Below are positions 1 to 11,616 of a stretch of 64,000 nt of DNA, piece after piece. The position numbers were made by a program, and so were the translations under genes. Numbering within the stretch: position 1 is the stretch's first letter; each line of letters opens with the position of its first letter. The notes beneath the pieces were generated by a model. The model searched no databases and was not told the DNA's origin. It saw nothing but the letters and a program-made list of their open reading frames with translations. Source of the DNA: Amphiscolops sp. MND2022 (lineage: Eukaryota); the NCBI GenBank assembly GCA_964187785.1, contig OZ076409.1, forward strand, positions 15,564,001-15,628,000. Reading direction: 5' to 3'.

Positions 1-258
1 CTAAGTCCATGAGATTTTCTATAGAAAATTACACATCCAACAACATACTAAGAAATCATGTTTTGAAAAGCAAAAGTTTTGTATACTTTCTTTCAGCTAC
101 GTCCTAGTTGAAACTATTGATTTTTCCTCTTCACTTTTAGCTCTCGAGGTCCAAAATTGATAAAAGAACAAATCCTCATACTTTGACTTTTTAGATCTAT
201 TTTTATTTCTCTTTATTCACTTGGTATGTACCTAACAAACGAACTTTACATTACTTAC

Positions 259-3097
259 CTCCATCAGATACTCGGTCTGTACGCCTTCCATCGCTAGAGC
301 TTGTGTCAATGTCATTTTCTCGAGTATTTCACTGTGGTAGTCAAGAACAATCTCGTTTTTAAAAAACATCTGTGTGCTGACCACTCCGCGTCCATAAGAT
401 TTGAAATTGACTGGACATACGCCTGGCCAGCTCTGCGTGTCACATCGTTCTAATAGGAAGGTCTGACACTCGAAATCCATGTTATGTGCCATCCCTTTGT
501 ACATTATTTTGGCAGAACCATCACTGTCCATCCGCCTCGAATCTGGATTTTGTAGCATAGGTAGAACCAACAGAAACACTTTTCTAATGTCCTGTTTGAC
601 GTCTTCTGGGGTTGTCCATTTCTGCCTCTGGAAAAATCCTTCGATTCTTTTCTCCAAGATGTTCAAGTCACATTTCCCGTTCATATATTTGAAGAACGTT
701 GTGGCTCGAGCTGACTGTCGTGCGTATCGTTGAGCATCTTGATGCTTTCTCACGCATGTTTTGATAGTATCCTGGTCAAATTTATTGCCAAATTTTCCTT
801 GCACTTCCCTGATTTGATTTTTCAATTTTGGCAATCGTGCTTCAGGGTCGTCAACAATTGGATAGATGAGTTCTAATTTGAACTTCAGCTGATTGGCTGG
901 TTTTTTACATTGTTGAAGTACCTGAAATACATGCTTTAGATTAAATATATGATCTTTTGCACTAGAACTACAATGGTTTAGCAGATGTAGATTTTTCAAT
1001 CGAAGTTGTTTTGAAAACTCCGAATTATATAAAAAGCAAAAAAAAACAAACGTACAGGGATCAAATACTGGTCGACAACATGGCTCCGTCTAAAACAAGA
1101 CTTCCCAACAGAATTGACGAACAGGAGCTCAGTCACGACTGGTCGGTCATCACTTTCGGAGACACATCGTTGGAATTTCACACCTTCGGTTTTGTTGAGA
1201 AAGTCAGGTCTCGTGTGGCTTGCATACTCAACCAAACCTTCGATTAACCAGCGTGGTGTATTGTATTGTACTCGAGAAACAGAATCTGCAAAAGACATTT
1301 AACTTTGTGGATTATGCTAGACAGAATCTTTCAGACTGTAGATAATTAGTCTAGCCCTTAATGTATTTATACTCCATATTTATATTAGTTGCTTGTAAAC
1401 AACCTGTACCTGCCACCTGTAAATAAGTTTCGAGTTTTCAGGTTTTTTTGAAATTTTTATTATTAGAAAGACAAAATAGGCCCAAAATATTTTCGCCTCT
1501 GAGAACTCTAACCAATCGGAAAGCTGGCACTTGAACAAAAGTTGCCAGATTTTGATGAAAAGCCAAATAATATTAAATGACATGTTATTTTACAACGCAA
1601 TTCAACACTGAGCAATATTTCCATGACCATATGATGGTTTATAAGGTTTTAAATTTTGATGTACTACCCCCTTTGGTAGTTGTTTTCTTACAGTTTAAGA
1701 TATGTATGTGGTTTCCACAACACATGTATAAAGATATAGTCTTACTTTCCACAGTCGCTTTCGTGGCCATCGAACAGTGAATGCTATTTTGGTGGAAACC
1801 AGGACAATTCAGTCAGAATTAAATTTTGACGTACTACTACTACCTTTGGTAGTTGTTTTCTTACAGTTTAAGATATGTATGCGGTTTCCACGACACATGT
1901 AAAAAGATATGGTCTTACTTTCCACAGTCGTTTTAGTACCATTCAAGAACTAGCTCATTCGTTGAATGCTCAAAAAATGGCAGTTGATAAAATTCTGCCA
2001 AATTTTAATGACACACAGTTATATATAAATGCCATGTTTTTATAAAATGCCATGCAAAATTGATCAATGTTTTCGTAAGACTAGGACTTTTGAGACGAAT
2101 TTCGTGTTTAATACAAGTAAAAGAGACAAATATTCGTTGCTATTACACGTCATGATGGTTGGGGACACAGGGGACAAAATATGGGCGGCCTGGTTGCGTT
2201 TACAATGTTCATACTCAGCTCGAAATGGTGGAAACCAGGACAAAATATCAAATTGTTGTTTGGATCATCTAAAATTGATAGCTACTTTGATTTTCATCAA
2301 ATGTTTGAAAAAGTGAAAAAATTGTAGAGGTGAAAGGTTTAGGTTATGCATAATTACTTACTTTCATTTGGCTCGACTGAAAATGGTATGTCTTCATCAT
2401 CCGGGCAGTCTTTCATATGTACCACGGCTTGAGCCAACTCGTGGACAGTGATGTTTCTGATTTCCTTGTCCAACATGCCAGCAACGCCAACAAACAAAAA
2501 CAGGTAAGCCACCAGACTTCTGAAAAAGTTTATCTGGGTCTTCTTTGGGGCGCTAACATTCTTTTTGTAACGGCTCGTAATGGCAATTATAAAGGATTTT
2601 AGCCATTCTTTGGCTTCATCAGTCTTCAAGTCGGGTTTGCATTTTTTTGCAGGGGGAGTTGTTTTGACTATATTGTAGACTCTTTCTTCAGAAGAGTCAA
2701 CAAGCTGTTTCTGGCTTGAGGTCGGAACTGTGGCGCTGGTTAAACCCACGGCATTGGAAATGTCAAGATTAGGAGAAGGAGTTACCGCGTGATCTTCGAC
2801 CGGCTGATTTGGCTCGTGATGCTCTTCTTGCATAATCCCATCTGCATTGTAAGCAATCGAGCTCTGCGAGCTCTGCGTGTAGACTGTCTGCGAGCTCTGC
2901 GAGTAGACTGTTGCATCGAATGAGGGTGTCGAATTTGTTAAAGAAGGTTCTGAACTTCCGCTCAGCAAAGGAGTTGAGGATTCGATCAACCATGCGGTCA
3001 AGTTTGTCAATGGAGTCGAGAACTGGCTTAGAACAGATGAGTACGGCAATGGTGGATCGTGAGCAGGAGTTTGATTTCGGGGATCTGAATTATCCAT
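259..3097 (-). CDS. Spliced tyrosine-recombinase-like / SET-domain fusion protein (3' end lies beyond the last exon identified; YR part looks degenerate)
   Basis: Exons 3097-2362, 1285-1056 and 921-259 join in frame with GT-AG sites; a small extra exon near 2268-2218 is possible. Motifs: YR box-I-like FRSLVAYLFLFVGVAGMLDKEIRNITVHELAQA (catalytic R position is L), YASHTRP...LLFVNSVGK, then SET N-terminal QSWPGV...YGRGVVSTQMFFKNEIVLDYH. No HxxR/Tyr box II is seen. Confidence 0.6.
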
Positions 3098-3659
3098 TAG
3101 TTATTTAGTTGCAAACAAGCGATTCGAAAATTTGGAAGGAACTGTGATGTATATTCGAGAAGACTGGAAGCTAGCTACTGATTGGAAAAATGGTTTTAAA
3201 GAACCATCTTTATCAAACAATCGTTATCAAACAAAATTGAGCGCCATCTTTTTTTAATTATAGGCGGCGTTGGAATGACCCAAAGATCTCTTAATTAATT
3301 GCAAAGGTGAGTTTTAATTGAACCTCAGGATACACAGTAAGCATCGTCCCTACTTCAATCATAAGCGGTGTCAACTTGATGCCTGATCATAAGCGGTGTC
3401 AACTTGCCGCCTCAATTGAATATGCCCCCAATTTCCCTACTTTACTTTCCCAGTGGGTGTTCATTAGATCTGAGCATCAACAGTAATTAAGCATCGTCTC
3501 TACTTCAATTAGAGCGGCGTCATTTTGCCCCAGCTTTGAAATTGACGCAGGAAATGGGATTTTTTAAAGGTACTTTGGTTCCCCCAGCGGTCGTTAATTG
3601 AACTATTGATAAGGTGACTATTCCAGTCAGTCTCAAACTATCCACCTTTAAAAGCAGTG

Positions 3660-6446
3660 ATGCTTCTTCAAAAGTTCGAAACAAACGAAGTGGTCCATAT
3701 CCTGGACCCTCTAACATATATTTGGGAGCTTGCAAAAATCAGTGCAATCATGAGTGACTGGACTGTCAGAATCAAATGGATGGAGTGGTCTACGAGAAAA
3801 GCAGTTGACATAACAGTGCCAGAAATCGACAGGGAAGATCAGGTTGATATAACATTTCAAAATTTTTTTTCGAAATCCTTTCCACAATTCTCTGATCTCT
3901 TAGGCCAAAGTTCCGATGAAATGCGAAACCAGTTTCGAGGACAAAAAATACATCAATCGAATTTTAAAATTGAATAACTCTTTTGAAACCATGAAAATCT
4001 ATTGAAATTGATTATTGACGTAACTATAAGCTCATACGTTGGAGTGAACAAACTAGAAACTGGAAGTTCAACAAAGTTTGCCAAATAGAAACGACTAGTT
4101 AGATATTTAGAAGTGCCAATTTATTAGAAAATGCCAAACAAAAAATCATAAATTTCCTGAGGGCAAGACAAAAAATTGGCATGTAAACCTTGAAATACTA
4201 TTTATAATCAAAAAATGAAAAGTCCTACTTCCATTCATGAAAACTCGAAAAATGTAAGTAATGATGATTCCAATAAAAAAGATTTTGTGATATTTTGGTC
4301 CCACTTGTGAGTAAAAAAATTACTCATGATAGGTACCAAAATTATTCGTGATTAATTTCACCTTTGAATTGCTTTTTTAGCAGAAACTCGTTGCTACTAG
4401 AAGTCAGAGAGATAAAAATGTCCTCAATATCTTTTGTGAGGGCAAAAAAAGGCCTCTTAGTATACTTATATGAAAAAAAAATTATGTCATTTTGGTCCCA
4501 ATCGTGAGTAGAAAAATTACTCACGATTGGGACCAAAATTAGTCATGATTTATTTCACCTTTGAATTGTTTTTTGGCCGAATTGCGTTGCTTTCAGAAGT
4601 CAGAGAGACCAAAAATGTCCGTAATATTTTTAGAGCGAACGAAAGCCGTCCTCTAAAAATGCTAACCAATCGAAAATGTACCAATTTATCAAAATCTGCC
4701 AGATTTCAATTTTAAGCCAGATATAAATTATTGCCAGAATTTTCTAAAACGTCATTCAAATTTGATCAATATTTCAAGGACACTATTACGGTATATTAAA
4801 ATTTACATATTGACGTACTACCCCCTTTGGTAGTTGTTTTCTTACAGTTTAAGATATGTATGTGGTTTCCACGACACATGTATAAAGATATAGTCTTACT
4901 TTCCACAGTCGCTTTCGTGGCCATCGAACAGTGAATGCTATTTTGGTGGAAACCAGGACAATATGCTCAAAATGGTGGAAACCAGGACAATACAGTCAGA
5001 TTTGAATATTGACGTACTACCCCCTTTGGTAGTTGTTGTCTTACAGTTTAAGATATGTATGCGGTTTCCACGCCACATGTATAAAGATTTGGTCTTACTT
5101 TCCATTGTCGTTTTGGGACCATTCAAGAACGAACTCATCCGTTGAATGTTTATGGAAAAATGGCAGTTCATCAAAATCTGCCAGATTTTAATGACAATCC
5201 ACGTGTTGATAAACTCCACATTATTTTTTTTTCAAAATTTCAAAGAAACCCGTGATTGACGTTGATGAAAGAATGAAAAGCGAGAACTAATATTCAAACT
5301 TTTTCAGCGACGTTGGAATATTAGAAAAGCCCAGAAACTGGATGAAACTCAGCAAGAAACGGGGTAGAAGCTTGCCTTTCAATCCAAGGAAGTTAATGCG
5401 CAATGACAAAATTTTCTTTTGGCAATCAAATGACGAAGATTGTGACTGTATTGGCGACTTCGAAAATTGCGAGATTACTTGCTGCGGGTCAGTTGTTACT
5501 GCAACAGTGATGATCAACGATCCGTTCCTGCGACAGTGCATGGTCGTTGATGACGAAGGAAAAGAATTTTTCGTCTCTCATCGACAATTACGGGCAAGCT
5601 TGCCTGATCATCATGATGAGACTGCTCAAGATGACACCAACGAAGAATATGAATCACCTCCGACCATAATCGATTCCAGGCCTCCCGTAACGAAAAAGCG
5701 ATGCCCCCCAAAAACAATACCTTTTGTGGATGCAATAGCTTTGATACCACACAGTGAGGAGAACGTTGAGTTAAAGTATGCGCCATGCTTTAACAACATC
5801 CTGAAAGTTGGTTCTCTCACCAACTATGCAAACGCTACGTTTGAGGTAAAAGAACTGTTCTTTGATTGCAGCAAACGAAAAGCGTTTGTTAAATTGTTAG
5901 GAAAAACAAACCCCGATATTGAAGTACGCATGCCCGCACTAGAAGTTAAAGTTATCGAAGACGAAATAGAAGAATTCAATATCCACACTCTAGTTCATCC
6001 TATTAACCAAGCGTTCGCGGTGTTTTCAGCAGTAAAAAGGATGGTTGGATTTGCAAAAAAAAAAACATTCAATGACCAAATCATTAATTCCAGCGACGCC
6101 ATTGACCCGTAAAATGTGTGGTTTTGAAACGACGTCCTCAAAAGAAACAGTGAAATTCTCTGGGGATATCAGCAATGACATCAAAGGGTCTAATCAGTCA
6201 TGGGACAGTGTGCTTGGGAAACGATGGGACGTAATCGCAAGTGATAAAGAAGGTGAAGATGCCTTCATCAAAATTTTGAAGTTCACTGAACATCGTGAAT
6301 TCGGGTTTTTCATGATCCGATGTAGCTTTGTAGCATGTCGTGGTCACTTCAAGTGTTCAGATAATTATCGATCATTATATCAAACCAGTGTACAACGAAT
6401 GACAAACCCAACGTCCTGTATTTCTACAAACTCCCTGATTTCATAG
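3660..6446 (+). pseudogene. Two-exon gene with an N-terminal Tudor/chromo-barrel-like domain; two frameshifts
   Basis: Exon 3660-3843 encodes FETNEVVHILDPLTYIWELAKISAIMSDWTVRIKWMEWS, a pattern like Tudor-knot F..GE.V...D....W..AKI......V.V.W..W. Donor CAG|gttgat; acceptor tttttcag at 5307. Continues through ORFs 5342-6112 and 6045-6446 with frame breaks near 5340-5365 and in the A-run at 6055-6065. Confidence 0.45.
4489..4539. repeat. Perfect palindrome with 22-bp arms and a 7-bp asymmetric spacer; further copies at 4292-4342, 8242-8293, 14743-14793 and 17551-17600
   Basis: attttggtcccaatcgtgagta-gaaaaat-tactcacgattgggaccaaaat read directly; the other copies have a few mismatches and A-rich spacers. 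Confidence 0.9.
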
Positions 6447-7189
6447 TGTGTTATAGAGTAAAAAATACGTGACTCATAGAATTATTATTTACTGTATTTT
6501 ATGCTATCCTCAAGTGAAAACGTCTTCTCAACTTCTTTTGAATCTTTAGGCAGGTTGTTTACTAACAACTTTGAGACAGTTGCGATAGAGCACACAGAGC
6601 ACTCTATCACATCTAGGAACATAAATTTTCGGCACAGCGGAGAAATGCCGAAAACGCCAAAAACCGATAAATTTAGGGTTCGTTTCATAGCTTTTGCCAT
6701 ACTGTTGAGTTTTGCCAATAAAGATACTGTTCTAGGGTTGAAGAATGGAAAGAAGTGAATAGTGTTAAACTGTATTTTGTGGCACTAACGGTACGCATGA
6801 CACTCATACATGAATTGGCACTTTCTTTCAATTTGCCACTAACAAGTTTTTTTACCACAAATAAGAGTGTTTACGTATTAGCAAGTTTCTCACACTCTGA
6901 CACATTCGCCCTTTTATACTGATTGGATAATAGGCAAGTAATTAAAATTATTAATATATTATAAGTAAGTAGCTCCGTTTACTACCAAAGTTTGTGCGCT
7001 TTGCGCAATGTGATTGGTTACTACTGGACCAATAATAAAACAGTTTAATAGTTCAACAAAACTAAAATGTAGATGTTTGTTTCATTTTTTTGTGTTTCAG
7101 GCTTCACTTGACTAACATACTTACATACTTCACTTAACATACACTTGACTAAATCTGGAAGAATTTAGCTGATGATGACTTTCTAATGT

Positions 7190-7450
7190 TTGATTCATTT
7201 TGGTAGGTTTGGCGTTTTTGCGTGTAATGGCAAAGAGTAATTGAGTAAACAAAATAGATTAGCAGAGCGATTAGCCAATCAGAAGCGAGAACGCGCGAAT
7301 CTACTGTATCGGAGCAGAACAACAGTGCTTCAAACTGCCAAATTAAACAAAAGTGTCAAAATTGAACGTAAATCAAACAGCGAATTAATGGCAGCTAGTT
7401 CCAAAATTAGCAGAGTTTACGTTCAAGCGAATTATGAAAAAGATAAGCAA
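7190..7450 (+). mobile_element. Short Ty3/Gypsy pol fragment (region just upstream of the integrase zinc-binding domain)
   Basis: SSKISRVYVQANYEKDK matches NSKISQVYIQANYENDK of the Gypsy integrase ORF at 22334-22846. Confidence 0.7.
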
Positions 7451-7543
7451 TGTGTATATTTGAAATTTCGAGTAAGAGATGAAACTAAAAACTTTGTTGA
7501 ATGACAAAAGTGGAAATGAATAGAATAAGGGTGAATAAAAACA

Positions 7544-10500
7544 TCAATAGAGATCAAAGAGTTCATCCTCTTTAGGGATAGTTCTAATTCCTTTTAATGA
7601 AGCCACCATTGGCAGTGCACGAGGTCGGAACTTGTTTTCGCAAAACTTTGGAGTTTGCGAATTCTCCCTCAGCAGTTCGACTGTCGAAACACGGGTCTCG
7701 CGCGACTCACTCAAAACATCTACACTGTTAATGTAATCGGGGATGGTTGCGTAAGAGTCACCGGTGCATTTTTTGCTGACACACGCCAGATATTTTTCGG
7801 GGATTGCTGAATCTTGCAAGGTTCCGGTTGGTTTTTTCGTGCCCAGAAGCAATCGCAACTTGCTCATGCAAAACTGTGGATGAACCTGCAAATTAAAAAG
7901 AGAATAAGTTAAATGTGTGAAACGCTACAAGTTCAAAATGAACAATTCTTTTAATTCAAATCGTAAATACCTCCTGGACGGCCTTCTCATTAACAATTGT
8001 TTTCACTGCGTCGAACAAACGAAACTTGAAAGGACAAGCTCTCTGAATTTTTTCTGTTGCAGTGAGAAGAAGCAATGCCAGCAGCTCGGGAAGATCAGGG
8101 AACTTGTCATCCGCGTAAGTCCTCGAATGGTCAAGGATCATCATCTCCCGTATCATAGGGATGTGTCCAAAGGCCAAAAAATTGGTCCCCACTGCAATTG
8201 AGTCACCTGTAACGATTTGGTTGGGGAAAGACATAGAATTATAATTTGGTTCCAATGGTGAGTAAAAATGTTACTCACGATTGAGTCAAAAATTATTCAC
8301 AATTGTTGTCACTATAATTTAGTTTTGAGCCAATGCAATGGTTATTGCAAGTCAGAGAGTCAAAATTTAACAGAATCTGCCAGATTTCTATGACTAGCCA
8401 GATATTAAAAAATGCCAGCATTTTTCAAAACGCCATTCACAACTGAGCAATATTTGCAAGACACTACTACGGTATATTAAAATTTACATATTGACTTTGG
8501 AAGCGGACAAGAAGTGAAACTAGATTCAGTAAATTCAGCTAACGAAGTCCTAGTCTAATGAAAACGAAGTAATGAAAACAATTTTGCATGGCATTTTATA
8601 AAAACATGGCGTTTATATATAACTGTCTTGTCATCAAAATATGGCAGAATTTTATCAACTGCCATTTTTTTGAGCATTCAACGAATGAGCTAGTTCTTGA
8701 ATGGTCCTAAAACGACTGTGGAAAGTAAGACTATATCTTTATACATGTGTCATGGAAACCGCATACATATCTTAAACTGTAAGAAAACAATTACCAAAGG
8801 GGGTAGTACGTCAATATTTAAATCTGACTGTATTGTCCTGGTTTCCACCAAAATAGCATTCACTGTTCGATGGCCACGAAAGCGACTGTGGAAAGTAAGA
8901 CTATATCTTTATACATGTGTCGTGGAAACCGCATACATATCTTGAACTGTAAGAAAACAACTACCAAAGGGGGTAGGTAGTACGTCAATATTCAAATCTG
9001 ACTGTTTTGATGGTTGACCTTTCAACAATGATGGTTGAAATTTCAAACAAAAACCATTGTTAAAGTGTTTGGGTCTAATTATTTAATTATAAATGGCTTT
9101 CACCATGCTGTATTTTTCAAAGGTAATTGTATTTCGTCATTAATTGCGCAAAATACCCCCTACCAACCCCCCCCCAAGCGACCGGAAAGGTAGAAAAACT
9201 TAAATTAATTCAATTTAATATCACAGGAGATTGTTTTGATTGACACGAAAAATCCCAAAGTACGAATAGAGATACTCGTGACTGGTACCAAAAATGAAGC
9301 ATGTCATTGAAAAGTGGAAGATTGTGATGATCTGGCAGTTTCCTCAAAACTGGTACTAAAGTGAAAAACAGTAATATTTGTGTAATATGATTATAACCAT
9401 TTTGCATGATGATTATTGGAAAGGCAGAAGACTTTAAAGTAATTCAATTTTTTATCAATGAAACTTGTTTTGATTGACACGAAAAATCCCAAAGTAGAAA
9501 TAGAACTTCAGAGACAAAATCAAAACATTCTGAAAATTAAAAGACTAAAAACAATTTTACATGGCATTTTTTGGAAACGTGGCATTTATTCATAAATGTC
9601 TTGTCATTAAAATATGGCAGATTTTTGTCAACTGCCTTTTTCATAAGCATTTGAATAATAATTCGTATATATTTTCGTTTCGAGCCAAATTGCCTGCATA
9701 ACCCATAGATGCTATAGAAGACCATAATACCTTTCGTGAGGACGAAATGAAGGTAGTTGGCAGGCATGACTAGCATGTCACTGGGTGTAACAGTGAGTCG
9801 GAGGCATCCTTCTTCCAGTTCATTGATGGCACCGAAGAACGTGGGTCTAAAACATCAAACTAAATCAAAATTAGTTTTCATGCACTGTTCCTGTAAATAT
9901 AGGTGACCATTGTTTCGTTGAAAACAATTCATTTCTAAATGCTGTAAAAAAACTATTCGTTAGTTTCAATTAAAAAAACTTACGTTTGGTCATTTTCTGC
10001 ATCTGACCATTTCTCGAATATTGCCATATTCTTTTTTGTTGGCTTCACCAAGAAAAAAATTTTCTCGCCACGAAGAACAGTATAGCAAACAGAAGTTGCT
10101 GAAAAGTCTTGGTGCCAAGTTGTGTGCGCTGAGTCCTGTGTAATTAGCAGATAATATGAAGTGGCATAGGAATAAGGCTCGAGGCTAGTCTTCCCAATGA
10201 GTTTTTCAACCAGGTGACCAATGGAATTTTCTCTTATCATCTTTGGAACTGTGTACAGCTTCTTAAACACAAAAATTTACTTTGAAAAAAATTGAAATTA
10301 GTTGAAAAATTAGATTATTCATTCATCAAGTTTCCCAACTCACTTTTGGCTTCAACCTGATATCGATAACATTCAGTGGATAATTCACGTCATCGGGGCC
10401 ACATGAATTCAAAGCATCTACGAACTCCGGTATGGAAAGAGATTGCGTCTGAAATTAGGAAGTAGTCATATCGTTTTATGGAAAAAGGTAAAGAATAATT

Positions 10501-11598
10501 TTTGTGAAAGAAGTTTGAATGGTGAAAAATCAAATAAAAACACTACATGAATTCAATATTCGAGGCAATTTGGCCTCAAAAAAGAAACAGTATTTTTGCG
10601 AAAAGATAATGAAAAACCTACAGTGCCGATCTTTGCCGATTTCACATCAAGGTGCTGCTCTGGATCAGCCAAATTTGATGCCATCAGGAGTTGCTGGACT
10701 TCACTGGGAAAATCCGCTTTCCTGTCAATTTTGGGAAGCTTTATACCGGGACAGTGGTTTGCACCACCTTTCCAAAGAAGAGGTATGCCTTGTTGCAACA
10801 GAGAGCCTAAATGCACACTTGGATTCTCCTGAGGACCCTGCCACTCGTCGAAAGAAAACCCACATTCCAGAGGAAGTTTCTCGCAAAATTCAAAGTACCC
10901 TGTGGTACCAAAAGGAGATGGGGGATACTCTGAAAAGGTGACATCAACAGGCATTGGAGCTAGGGCTACTTGGCAAGATAGTGATCTTGCGACGTGATTC
11001 CGGAGTACGTACTGGTACGCGAACAACTTGTCACAACTCAGACAAATATGGGGACTTTTATGATGACCTTTTGCAGCTGCTGGAAAACACCATGTGTAAA
11101 CACAAAGATTTGTTAATTCCCCTTCTAAACACCCCCTACCCCCAAAAAAACCTTTACATCTTTCAAGATCATAAGTATTGGAGCAAAAAACTCAATAATA
11201 TAAGTATTAATAAATAACTTACGATATTTGTACATGGACACTTCTATGCCGGCATCAATCTTGTTTTTCTGCTTGACACAGTATTTAGCGTTCTTTTGAT
11301 GACGCATCCGACTTTTCTTGTTAGTGAACAACTGTCCACAATTCTCACAGGTCACTTCTTTTTTCTTCCAGTCCTCATAGGGCATTCCTGGGCACTGCTT
11401 CTCATGACGCTGGAGGTTGAACAACCGATCAGTGACGTAATCACAGGCGCCATTGGTACAAGAAAATAAGTTGGTCGAGCTTTTTTTGTACTTCTTGTAT
11501 GACGGTGCTTCATTCTGGCTTTTATTATTCGGCAAGAACTGCCCGCATTTCTCACAGGTCACTGCTTGTGACTGTGATGAGCAAGCCTGATCAGACAT
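7544..11598 (-). CDS. Zinc-finger (C2H2/C2HC) + JmjC-domain protein, KDM2/KDM7(PHF8)-like lysine demethylase fold, 7 exons, about 651 aa
   Basis: Exons 11598-11223, 11124-10622, 10448-10344, 10261-9984, 9846-9731, 8206-7971 and 7885-7544 join without stops (1956 nt), all GT-AG. JmjC motifs YLLITQDSAHTTWHQDFSATSVCYTVLRGEKIFFLVKPT and DMLVMPANYLHFVLTKGDSIAVGTNFL keep HxD...H and the 2-OG Lys. N-terminal fingers: CTNGACDYVTDRLFNLQRHEKQC, CENCGQLFTNKKSRMRHQKNAKYC, CLSCDKLFAYQYVLRNHVARSLSC. Confidence 0.85.
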
Positions 11599-11616
11599 CT
11601 GGAATATAGGTTTATA

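Noticed and set aside
922..999. HLLNHCSSSAKDH at the start of ORF 232-999 as YR box II
   Set aside because: It falls within the predicted intron 922-1055 and lacks the catalytic Tyr; probably coincidental.
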